Assembly (NCBI GenBank): GCA_965204595.1
Contig: CBDBEW010000014.1
Span: forward strand, 1,957,207 to 2,021,206
Direction of reading: 5' to 3'
Source: Candidatus Aldehydirespiratoraceae bacterium
GTDB lineage: Bacteria; Actinomycetota; Acidimicrobiia; Acidimicrobiales; Aldehydirespiratoraceae
DNA: 64,000 bases
Shown piece after piece: positions 20,123-29,533 of this stretch (position 1 is its first letter; each line of letters starts with the position of its first letter). The position numbers and the translations under genes were made by a program. The notes under the pieces were generated by a model. That model saw only the letters and a program-made list of their open reading frames with translations, made no database searches and was not told the DNA's origin.

Positions 20123-21652
20123 TTGCGAACTGAGATCGTTGTGGTTGAGATCGATACGATATTGAGAGTGGATGAAGCCGAAGTGGGACATCGATGGGTG
20201 CCGATCGCCGATTTGACAGACGCTGACCGCGCCGCTGCCAGCGAGGAACTGGTGCCACTGCTTCGTACTTGGCGAGAGGCCCGCAAGGAGATACCGGACC
20301 ATCTGGTGACGGAGTTCAACCAGAGGCTGCGGTGCGAGTGGGCCATTGAGACTGGGATCATCGAGTGCCTTTACACGCTTGACGAGGGCACGACGCGCCT
20401 CCTTATCGAACACGGTATCGACGCGTCCTTGATCCCCCCACGATGATGCGGAGACACCTCCGGAACTCGTTGCCGACATGATCGCCGACCACATCGAAGC
20501 CGTCGATTGGTTGTTCGATATCTTTACGAAGGAACGTCCATTCTCGACGTCGTTCGTCCGAGAACTGCATCAACTCATGACTCGCAAGCAGGAGTTCGCG
20601 TCTGGAGTCGATGCCCTCGGGAGAGCCACGCGGATCGAGTTGCTTCACGGCGATTACAAGCGCCGACCGAACAATCCAACTAGACCAGACGGCAAGATCC
20701 ACGAGTACTGCCCTCCAGAGCAGGTCTCCCCCGAGATGGATCGCCTGCTTGAGATGCACAAGGCACACATCAGCACCGGAACTGCGCTAGATGTGAGTGT
20801 GGACTGGTTGCATCATCGTTTCGCGCAGATCCATCCGTTCCAGGACGGCAATGCCCGAGTCGCTCGGACTCTCGCCTCTCTGTCACTCATTCGCGATGGG
20901 ATGTTCCCGTTGGTCGTCACCAACAAGGACCGCGACACTATCTGAAGGTGCTGGGCGAAGCCGACAAGGGATATCTCGCGCCACTAGTTGACTTTGTAGC
21001 CCGGCTGCAGAGAAGGTGGCTGCTGTAGGCTTTGGGGATTACCGGCGCGATGCAGCTTGAGGCTGAGCACCTAGACCAGGTCATTGCGTCTATCGGTGAG
21101 TCTTTCCATCACCGTGAGCAGGTTCTCCGACAGGAGTTGGACACCGCCAAGGAAACAGCCGGGAGGCTACTGGTGGATGCCGTCGAGGTGCTCAACGACA
21201 TCACCGACCGGCTTAAGGAGCAGGTGAGATCAGAGCTCTTTGAGCGAGAGGTCTTCGTAACTTTCAACCACGACAGAGATGCCGGCCGTCGCGGCTACTA
21301 CCGATATCAGGTGATCGACACGGCCAAGCATCTCGAATACTTCGCCAACATGCGCGACTATCACTCTTGGGCGCGGCTCGTCATAGATACCGAGCAGGGA
21401 CGTTCGGAGATCCTTCTCTCCTTTCACGGTGTCAACCGGGAGTATCGCGGCTTGATCGGCGCTTCAGCCTGTTTCTTTCGACATCAGAACGGAGATGTAG
21501 CCGAAGCGCAGATCACTGAGTTGCAGCCCGTGTGCGACGAGATGTTCCAGATAAATTACTCCGAAGACGCTGAGTCCATTCTACGTCGGTTCAAACCGTG
21601 GCTCAATCATGCGTTGTTGCGCGGCCTCGACCAGTTCCGCCGCAGCGAGTAG
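20123..21652 (+). pseudogene. Fic/DOC family protein disrupted by two frameshifts and an in-frame TAG
   Basis: Fic motif 'HPFQDGNARVAR'. There is a +1 in the C6 run at 20434-20439 ('SLIP|HDDAETPPELVADMIADH'), a second shift near 20925-20935 ('NKDRD|YLKVLGEADKGYLAPLV'), and TAG at 21026-21028 in frame with ORF 21032-21652. Confidence 0.75.
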
Positions 21653-22050
21653 CCAACAACCAACACGCGCGTCAGCAGACCATCACACCGACCGAGCCAC
21701 TGGTCGATTATCTCCAGCCAGCAGACAGACAATTTAGAACCAAGCATTGATGACTCTTCGCGAATGAGGGTGGAGTGAGGGTGGTGGCTATCCGCAAGAT
21801 CTTGAGTGTTTTACGCGACGACCATAGAAAAAAATCTAAGTGAAGCTGTCGTCGGTTATAGAGTCGTTGAGCTTCTAGGGCAGGTACCAGCCGTGGTCGT
21901 GGCTCTACAATTTGTGACCCGCTAGCTAAGCAACTCGTAGGTTACGAGCAGGTTACGAGCAGGTTCCTAACGGTTGTATCACGCTGCAGTTCGGGACATT
22001 TGTAACCCAATAGTGAATCTGGGTAACGGCGGAGGTGGTGCGAGAATCTT

Positions 22051-22783
22051 CTACGATCCAAGAAGTTGTCTCGCCCGTTGAGCCACTTCGTTAGATCGAT
22101 CGTGGGGGACGGCCCGAACACCTAGGCTCTCGAATACATACACGGCATCGGTGAACGTCGCAGAGGCCTTTGTTTGCAGTGCCGGGACATAAACCGCTTC
22201 GATTTCCACGTCCTTGCCGACATCGAATTCCTCCGCCGCGGCGAGGATTTGTCCACCAGCGTTGCGAGCCTCCTGGACGGTCCAGTCCCATGCTTTCACT
22301 TCCTCAGCGAGCGTCGCTTGATCAGGGAACTGGAACGACCATGTCTGCGTCAACTGAACCACCCGACCGTTCATAACAGCGAAGTCGAACAATGCATCGT
22401 GATGGACGGTCTTCAAGGTCACACGCTCACGCCGTTCCCTTCCTTTGGTGATTTCAACGTCGTCGTAAGCACGACGCAACTCAGCTAGTGCTGTGTTCTT
22501 CTTGGTTTAGGTTTGCTTACGAACCGCAGGATCAAGTACCATCAGGTCGAAGACTCTGGCTAGTGCATCGTCGGCTGAATCTGCAACCATCGGTGCCGGT
22601 GGGCTTAGCTGCACTATGTTCTGGTGATCGGCGTGGAGACACCACAACCAGTCTTCGGTCAACTCAGTTTTGTCGCACCTGCCACTCAGACGACTCTTCA
22701 CTACCAACGATAGCTCCAACGTTGACGAACTCGCCCCGTGCCGGGTCGGGTACGAAACGGATAAGGGAATAAATGTATCTCAC
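22051..22783 (-). pseudogene. DUF3037-like protein disrupted by a frameshift and an in-frame TAA
   Basis: SD AAGGAG then GTG (22783-22781) gives 'MRYIYSLIRFVPDPARGEFVNVGAIVGS', a DUF3037-type N-terminus. The frame changes within 22666-22719. TAA at 22509-22507 separates two same-frame ORFs. Confidence 0.6.
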
Positions 22784-22829
22784 GATGCTCCTTTTATCAA
22801 TTCTAGTCGTCAGCGACTAGTTTGTTGGT

Positions 22830-23903
22830 GTGGGGCTTGCCGACCGGATTCGTCATGAAATAGCTATGCACGGGCCTCTTGCGGTGTCGGAGTATCTGCG
22901 GTTGGCGCTTTATGACGAGAAGGGAGGGTTTTATCAGCAAGGCGGACGTGCCGGTCGAAAAGGAGACTTTTTGACCTCGCCCGAGGTGGGTCCGCTATTT
23001 GGTGCTGTGATCGCAAATGCGATCGATATATGGTGGCGAGATTGTGGCGAACCGCGCGAGTTCACGGTTTTTGAGTGGGGGGCTGGGCCCGGTACTCTAG
23101 CGAGGTCGGTGCTTGCTGCTAACCCCGAGGTTCTTCAGCATCAAGCATTGCGTTGGTATGCGATTGAGCGGTCGGCGCAGCAGCGCAGTCTTCACCCGAA
23201 ACATCCCTTGTTGAGTTCTGTGGCGGATGCGCCAACACACACGGTGGCGGCTGGTTTGGTGTTGGCTAATGAGTTTTTGGACAATTTGCCTTTTGATTTG
23301 TATCAACGCCGCGGTCAAAGCTGGGTTGAATTGCGTGTTTCCAACCACCACAATCAACGAGACTTTGTTCTTGTAGGGGCTGCGGCACTAGATGCTTCGT
23401 CGCCGCTAACCGAGGAGCTCAACAGTCTTTTTGATGGCTCGCTACCAGATGGGGTGCAGGTTGTTTACCAAAGAGCAGCGCAGGAATGGTTAACGCAGGC
23501 GTTGGGGTCGTTGATTGAGGGTAGGGTGGTGGTGTTTGACTACGCCGACACCACACCTGAGCTCGCCGCTCGTGGTTCCTGGGTCAGATCTCATGCGAAC
23601 CATAGCCGTCTTGGTGCGGGTGATTGGTTGTTGAACCCTGGGGCTTGCGACATCACTGCCGATGTGGCGATAGACCAGCTTGAGTTGGTTCGTAAAGCCG
23701 ATTTCAATCGTTCACAGAGAGCTTTCTTGCAGTACTTTGGCATAGACGAGTTTGTTGAGCAGGGGAGGCAACGCTGGCAAGCCACCGCACATGTTGGTGA
23801 TCTGGCAGCGTTGCGGGGTCTTAGTCGCGTTAGTGAGGCAAAAGCGTTGTGTGATCCCGATGGTTTGGGCAGCTTCCGTGTGCTTGAATGGCTAGGAGAG
23901 TAG
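22830..23903 (+). CDS. MidA/NDUFAF7-family SAM-dependent methyltransferase (DUF185)
   Basis: 357 aa; 'GPLAVSEYLRLALYDEKGGFYQQ' and 'GDFLTSPEVGPLFG' are hallmarks of the MidA family. Host-like GC. Confidence 0.75.
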   Translation: MGLADRIRHEIAMHGPLAVSEYLRLALYDEKGGFYQQGGRAGRKGDFLTSPEVGPLFGAVIANAIDIWWRDCGEPREFTVFEWGAGPGTLARSVLAANPEVLQHQALRWYAIERSAQQRSLHPKHPLLSSVADAPTHTVAAGLVLANEFLDNLPFDLYQRRGQSWVELRVSNHHNQRDFVLVGAAALDASSPLTEELNSLFDGSLPDGVQVVYQRAAQEWLTQALGSLIEGRVVVFDYADTTPELAARGSWVRSHANHSRLGAGDWLLNPGACDITADVAIDQLELVRKADFNRSQRAFLQYFGIDEFVEQGRQRWQATAHVGDLAALRGLSRVSEAKALCDPDGLGSFRVLEWLGE

Positions 23904-23926
23904 AGCTAAAATCGTGCCCGTGAAAG

Positions 23927-24931
23927 ATGCCGACGGGACGCGCTAGTGTGGGGGGATGCCTGGACCAACCCAACAGCGCGGCGAAGGGCATTTTATGCTG
24001 GAGCGAGTTCGAAGACGAACAGACTGGGGCGGACGATATTGCAAACTGGGTGACGCGATTGGTCGATTCTGGGATGCCTGCCGAAGCTCTAGCACACGGT
24101 GAGCCGAGTGCTTTGAACGCCGAGGACATCGCTGTGCTGGCGCGTACTGGCACCGCTCTCAACGCGACCTCGGAGGCGCTCATTGACCGCGGGCACGAGG
24201 TCGCACTCTCTCACAAGGACAGCGAACTCATGTCCAGTCGGCTCGGCACGGTGGCATTAGAGTTGATGCGTTCCCACAGCGACCGTCACCACACGCTGGC
24301 CGTGGCGGCTCTGGCTAGAGACTTCGGTATCGATCTGTCAGCCTCAGTCGACCAGACTAACGGTGCATCCTTGAGCATTTCGAGCGATGCGCTTCGGTCG
24401 GCCGATGATGAGAATTTCGTCGTTCTTGAACCGCTATTATCGACCGACGCGCCAGAATTCTTCATTGAAGCACTTAAGGACTGCCAACTAGCTGAGGACG
24501 AGAACATCAAGCTGTTAGCAAACTGGAACGCCGACTGCAATCTTGTCACGAACGCATGGTCAGAGTTCACCAACATCACGCCCGTCGCAGAACGTTCATG
24601 GACACGTTTCGTCTTACACTTCGAGCGAATGGCCCGCGGACGCGATCTCGGGCCAGGCGTGCGCCTCCTCACAGTACACAAGGCGCAAGCACGTGAGTTC
24701 AAAGCGGTGGCCATCGTTGGGATGAACGACGGGCAGTTCCCCGACTTCCGCGCCGAGTCACCTGCCGAGAAGCAAGCCGAGTTGCAGACGTTCCACGTGG
24801 CGGTCACGAGGGCTTCACGGATCCTGCGGCTTACACGCGCCCGCACACGCCCGACTCGCTACGGGGACCGTACAACAGATCCGTCACCGTTTCTGCAACT
24901 TGCATGCGACGCGGAGCATGCCGACTCGTAG
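23927..24931 (+). pseudogene. UvrD-like helicase, C-terminal portion only (ATPase N-terminus missing)
   Basis: 'VRLLTVHKAQAREFKAVAIVGMNDGQFPDF...TFHVAVTRASRILRL' corresponds to helicase motifs V/VI. No Walker A or motif I-II region lies upstream. Confidence 0.6.
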
Positions 24932-25099
24932 ACTGGGCCGTTGCGACATCACAATCCCTACCAGAGCAGCCCAATCGCGGTGCGGGACCATCCCGAGTGT
25001 GTAGCCGGTGTCGCCGTTGAGTTTCACCGTCACGTACCTGTGGCACCTACGCATTGACGTTTCATCGACCAACAACACCGTAAAGTGCTCACGGCAGCG

Positions 25100-25306
25100 A
25101 TGCCCAGCGATCATACGCGCCCAGGCCAGCACCACGGCGTTGATCACCAACCGAGCAGATCGCCTGCCACCGCGATCCGTAGTGCCGCTCATTATCGAGC
25201 ACCATCCTCACTGCCCGCTCACGCAGCTCGGCCGGATATCTTCTGGTGTTTGTCATAACTCCATCCACTCGAGTAAAAGAGTCTTCAACAAAACTTGGGT
25301 GATTCA
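25100..25306 (-). mobile_element. IS3-family left-end remnant (terminal repeat plus 5' part of orfA)
   Basis: On the minus strand, 'TGAATCACCCAAG...' (end at 25306) is followed by ATG 25256: 'MTNTRRYPAELRERAVRMVLDNERHY', a typical IS3 OrfA HTH. Similarity is lost after about 50 codons, and there is no orfB. Confidence 0.55.
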
Positions 25307-25332
25307 ACCGGCACTTTAGAGTTCTTGCTGCT

Positions 25333-25375
25333 TGTAGAACGCTGTATGTAGACAATTTGTAGATAAGACTGTAGG
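25333..25375 (+). promoter_or_regulatory. Four direct TGTAG(A/G) repeats upstream of the RHH antitoxin (candidate operator array)
   Basis: TGTAGA at 25333, 25347 and 25358, and TGTAGG at 25370 (spacing 14/11/12 nt). The array ends 9 nt before the ATG at 25384. Confidence 0.45.
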
Positions 25376-25383
25376 CTTCAACC

Positions 25384-25620
25384 ATGAACACGACGACGAT
25401 CCGGGTTGACCGCGACACTCACGCTCGACTCCTTGAGATCAGCGAGGCGAACGGCGATACGCTCACGAAAACGGTTCGCGATGCCACCGAGGCGTTAGAA
25501 CGTCTCCGCTTCGGCTTGCGGGTGCAAGAACAGATTGCCGCGCTACAGAGCGATCCCGATGCCTGGAGGGATTACCTCGCTGAAGCCGAAACGTCTTCGG
25601 TCACCGATGGCATCTGTTGA
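25384..25620 (+). CDS. Ribbon-helix-helix antitoxin (MazE-like)
   Basis: 78 aa; 'TTIRVDRDTHARLLEISEANGDTLTKTVRDA' is an RHH N-terminus. Overlaps the toxin start by 14 nt. Confidence 0.7.
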   Translation: MNTTTIRVDRDTHARLLEISEANGDTLTKTVRDATEALERLRFGLRVQEQIAALQSDPDAWRDYLAEAETSSVTDGIC

Positions 25621-25945
25621 CGATCTGTGGCTGGTCGATTTCGGCGAGCCATACCCAAGTGAACCTGCATATCAACGACCGGTGCTTGTGCTTGGTCCCC
25701 CCGACACATTCGGCCGGGGCTTCCCGATGGTCATCGTCGCCCCCCTGACCACAACGGACCGCTCCCTTCCGATTCACGTGGAGGTGGACGCCACAGATCA
25801 TACCGGCTTGCACCGAACGAGTTTCGTTCAATGCGAGTTGATCCGCTCAATCAACGAAATCCGCCTAATCCGGCGCCTCGGCATCATCGACCTAGACACA
25901 GCCCAAAGAGTGGACAAAATCGTCCGAATCCTGCTCGGCCATTGA
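25607..25945 (+). CDS. MazF/PemK-family endoribonuclease toxin
   Basis: 112 aa from ATG 25607: 'DDLWLVDFGEPYPSEPAYQRPVLVL...VIVAPLTT...FVQCELIRSI'. The ORF-track start at 25535 is rejected as an upstream extension. Confidence 0.75.
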   Translation: MASVDDLWLVDFGEPYPSEPAYQRPVLVLGPPDTFGRGFPMVIVAPLTTTDRSLPIHVEVDATDHTGLHRTSFVQCELIRSINEIRLIRRLGIIDLDTAQRVDKIVRILLGH

Positions 25946-26187
25946 GCAATGAAACGCCGGGACTCGGTCGCGGACGGTGGCGGGGGCTACTGGGCCGACC
26001 ACAGGGAGCTGATAGGGCGGGTGTGGAGGCGGGTCGCCCAAACTCAGGGCGTGGGGTCCGGTGTGCAGCAGAATCCCGGCTTGGAAGCAGGAACGTCAGC
26101 GGGTCGGACAGAACCGTCTCCCGTAGTTTCTCCTGATCGCTTGGGGGAGGGCTAGGAGAGTGTCGATTACTTCATCTTGCAACTATA

Positions 26188-26248
26188 ATAGGCAAAAAAA
26201 GTTGTATTATCGGAATATACAGTAGTTTAAAGATACTATTTTGCCTAT
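26188..26248. promoter_or_regulatory. AT-rich hipBA promoter region with a 10-nt inverted repeat
   Basis: ATAGGCAAAA (26188-26197) and TTTTGCCTAT (26239-26248) flank a 41-nt AT-rich spacer. The right arm overlaps the hipB ATG (26247). Confidence 0.45.
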
Positions 26249-26600
26249 GAACCTTACGGAACTCTCAGATGCGGCGTTGCAGGCCGAGATCGGGGCTCGA
26301 CTCCGCCATGCGCGGCTGCAGGCGAACATCTCGCAGGAGGAGCTAGCTGTCGCGGTCGGAATCAGCCGTCGGACCGTCGCCAACGCCGAGAAAGGCGCGG
26401 GTTGCACGCTTCAGACGTTGCTGGCGATTCTGCGCGGTCTCGGCCGCCTCGAAGCCATCGAAGCACTGCTCCCCACGCCTGTGCACAGCCCGGTTCAGCT
26501 TCTTCGCGATGGTGGTGTGCCCCGACAGCGTGCCAGACGCAAGACCTCGGACCCAGCCGACGATACTCCCAGGTGGAAGTGGGGAGACGAAAGGCCGTGA
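26247..26600 (+). CDS. hipB: HipB-like XRE-family HTH antitoxin
   Basis: 'LRHARLQANISQEELAVAVGISRRTVANAEKG' is an XRE HTH. GTGA overlap with hipA. Confidence 0.75.
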   Translation: MNLTELSDAALQAEIGARLRHARLQANISQEELAVAVGISRRTVANAEKGAGCTLQTLLAILRGLGRLEAIEALLPTPVHSPVQLLRDGGVPRQRARRKTSDPADDTPRWKWGDERP

Positions 26601-27904
26601 CCCAACGCGTGGAAGCAGCCGAGGTTCTGCTGTGGGGCGACTCCATCGGTGTGGTTGCGTGGAACAGCGAGAGAAGACTTGCGGCTTTCGAATACACCCC
26701 AGATTTTCAACGCAGCACGATCGAGCTCGCGCCACTTCAGATGCCGCTCGGGCCGCGAATCCATAGCTTCCCCGAACTGTCGCGCGAGAGCTACAGGGGA
26801 CTGCCTGGACTGCTCGCCGACTCGCTTCCAGACCGTTTCGGTACGCTGCTGATCAACCAGTGGGTTCAGCGCCAAGGGCGCACCGTCGAGTCGTTCACCC
26901 CGATAGAGCAGCTTTGCTACATGGGTCGCAGGGGTATGGGCGCACTCGAGTTCGAACCGGCCGTCCCGCTGGGGAGACCCTTGGAGGAGCAGAGGTTAGT
27001 TGAGATCGACCGACTGGTCGAGTTGGCAAATCAGGCGCTGTCCGACAGGTTGTCGCTGCACTCGTCGACAGAAGGCGAGGAAGCGCTCAATGACCTGATC
27101 AGAGTTGGCACGTCAGCAGGTGGTGCCCGAGCGAAAGCAGTCATCGCTTGGAACAAGAACACAGGAGAAGTGCGTTCTGGGCAAGTCGATGCGGGTCCCG
27201 GGTTCGAACACTGGCTGCTCAAGTTCGACGGACTGTCCAATAACCGTGACCGAGAGTTGGCGGACCCGCAAGGTTTCGGCCTCGCCGAGTTCGCGTACTC
27301 GGAGATGGCTCGAGCCGCCGGGATCACGATGGCCCCGACCCGGCTGTTACACGAGCATGGTCGCAGCCACTTCATGACGAAGCGGTTCGACCGTACCGAC
27401 AGCGGGGGAAAGCTCCATATGCAGACCCTGTGCGCGATGGCACACTACGACTTCAACCTCACCGGTGCCTACAGCTACGAGCAGACACTCTCTGTGATGC
27501 GCCGGCTTGGGCTTGGTCATGGCGACATTGTGGAGCAGGTCCGGCGAGCCTTCTTCAACGTGATGGCCCGCAACCAGGACGACCACACGAAGAATATCGC
27601 GTTCTTGATGGACCGCAGCGGTAGTTGGCGTCTCTCTCCCGCCTACGACGTCATGTGGGCACACAATCCCACCGGTGTCTGGACGAGTCGACATCAGATG
27701 ACGATCAATGGCAAACGCGACGATTTCACGATCGCAGACCTCCGCTACCTCGCCCGTGAGGGAGGACTCTCGCCCCCGGAAGCGGACCGGCTGCTCGCAG
27801 AAGTGAATGGCGCCGTTGGTGACTGGCCTCGTTTCGCCGCGGCCGTCAATGTCCCTCCCAAGATGGTCCGCACCATCGAGTCCTCACACCGGCACCTGCT
27901 CTGA
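26597..27904 (+). CDS. hipA: HipA-family serine/threonine kinase toxin
   Basis: 435 aa from GTG 26597; 'LPGLLADSLPDRFG' (N-domain) and 'ARNQDDHTKNIAFLM' (catalytic loop). The ORF-track start at 26402 lies inside hipB. Confidence 0.85.
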   Translation: MTQRVEAAEVLLWGDSIGVVAWNSERRLAAFEYTPDFQRSTIELAPLQMPLGPRIHSFPELSRESYRGLPGLLADSLPDRFGTLLINQWVQRQGRTVESFTPIEQLCYMGRRGMGALEFEPAVPLGRPLEEQRLVEIDRLVELANQALSDRLSLHSSTEGEEALNDLIRVGTSAGGARAKAVIAWNKNTGEVRSGQVDAGPGFEHWLLKFDGLSNNRDRELADPQGFGLAEFAYSEMARAAGITMAPTRLLHEHGRSHFMTKRFDRTDSGGKLHMQTLCAMAHYDFNLTGAYSYEQTLSVMRRLGLGHGDIVEQVRRAFFNVMARNQDDHTKNIAFLMDRSGSWRLSPAYDVMWAHNPTGVWTSRHQMTINGKRDDFTIADLRYLAREGGLSPPEADRLLAEVNGAVGDWPRFAAAVNVPPKMVRTIESSHRHLL

Positions 27905-28011
27905 ACCACGGTGCAGTCGTTCCGTCAGTGTTCGCTTGTGACATAGATATACATGATTTAATATGTGAAGAAGTGAAGAAGGCCCTCCCACGCGAACCCA
28001 TGGGTCAATGG

Positions 28012-28245
28012 CTAGTCAAGAACATGCCGCGAGGTGTGGCACTGGAACTGCCAGACCGCAACGAACCAGACCGAGGTATTTCCTTCGTCGTCCGAAGAGA
28101 CGCGTGACCGGGGGAACTCTCCTTCCGTCGGACCTGCGGGCACTCTTGCTTGCTCAAGCCAGTCCCAAAAGGCGGGGCAGAAGTCAAAGCCGTAGTGGTC
28201 TCTCTTGGCGCGAATGAACACATCTGAGTCGAGCAGATAAGCCAC
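28012..28245 (-). pseudogene. Truncated DUF4411-type PIN-like protein
   Basis: 'MAYLLDSDVFIRAKRDHYGFDFCPAFWDWLEQ' matches the DUF4411 N-terminus. The family pattern is lost after about 35 aa, and the ORF is about half the expected length. Confidence 0.5.
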
Positions 28246-29399
28246 TACAGCACCTCAAGCTGTTGTCCGAGTCTCTCGAAAGTGGCCATTTTCTTGAGAT
28301 GGAGCAGGCGGAAAGCCTGGGAATATGTGGTTCTGCCCTCGAGAGTGCTGGCAATCAGCGCACGGGTGAAGTGCTTCCCCACCTGTACTGGTTTGGTGTT
28401 GTAGAAGTTGCCGCCTTTGCCTCTCAGCACCGCGATGTCAGCGATGCGTTCGCTCTCCGCCTGCAGTGCGTCCATCAACTGGTCCCATGAGAGCATCCCA
28501 GCTTTCCGCATACGAATGAGGACTACTTGCGTGCTCACCCGGAACTCGGTGGCTAAAGGTTGTAACTGGTCGCGAACCCAAGATCTAGATTTAGTTCGGA
28601 CTGGAACTCTGCCATCGGCACCAGTAGTTCGGCTGCTACTTGATTGCACCAGCGTTCTTGTTCGTGATGTTGAGAAGATCGTGGGTCAAGGTCGGACATT
28701 GCCGTTTCGCCAAGCCAGATATGTGCCAGTTCATGGGCCAACGTGAACAATTGAGCGGCCTTGGAATCCGAGCCGTTCACGAACACCACCGGCGCATGGG
28801 GGTCGGCGAGGGCAAAGCCGCGAAACTCCGCCGGATCCAGTTTGCGGTGTGTATTGGATCCGACGATTCCACTAATCATTACGAGCACGCCAATCTCCTC
28901 CGCACTTTCGCGCAAACGTGTGAGGGCACTGTCAGAACTCGTGCATTTCTGGCGGGTTGATATCGTCCAGTTGAGGAATCGACGCATTCGTTCGGCTGTC
29001 CTCTCCGGCGGGGAAGCGAGGGTTGCGCTAGCGACGAAGTCAAGCGGTTGTTCGTTGTTCAAGAGTTGATGGTCGCGATACCATTCTTGGCGTGCTTGGC
29101 ATGTATACACCGTGTCGAGGAGGTCGGCGGTCGGCGGTCGGTGCCACCGGACGGTCGCCTACCGTATGGAAGTCGGGAATCGGCACACCCTCGGTTGGTG
29201 GTTCATCGAGAAAGAAGTGTCCGACCGGCGTGTAGGTCCTTTTGGCGAATTCCTCAACCTGCTTCAACGTCGGTGTCTTCGCTCCGCTCATCCAGGCTTC
29301 GTAGTGAGGAAAGCGTTTGCTCCAGACTTTGTCGTCGATCCCCGAACGGGTCCGCGCCCATGAGAGCAAACTAGAGGAGACCTCCACGCGGACTGTCAT
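28245..29399 (-). pseudogene. HTH-ImmA/IrrE zinc metallopeptidase split over three frames
   Basis: N-terminal HTH ('TPTLKQVEEFAKRTYTPVGHFFL'), then 'ADLLDTVYTCQARQEWYRD...FTLAHELAHIWLGE' (HExxH) in a second frame, then '...LATEFRVSTQVVLIRMRKAG' in a third. Shifts lie near 29110-29160 and 28600-28650. Confidence 0.7.
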
Positions 29400-29533
29400 G
29401 TGGTCAGGATAACAGACTGGAGCGGAGTCGTATTGCGGTGCATTGAAATCACTTCGACTAAGCAACGCTTCGCCCCTGAATCGAAGCCGTTTTCCGCACG
29501 GTGTCCACGGACCACCCTTCGGGCCGGCTTCGG

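Noticed and set aside
26402-26596. N-terminal extensions of hipA (26402), mazF (25535), the IclR gene (to 31619), the helicase (42339), dcm (51487), GHKL (52526), NYN (to 55417) and the coiled-coil gene (59047).
   Set aside because: The extensions overlap upstream genes or lack family similarity. Internal ATG or GTG starts with SD-like sequences, or start-stop overlaps, give proteins that begin where homologues begin.
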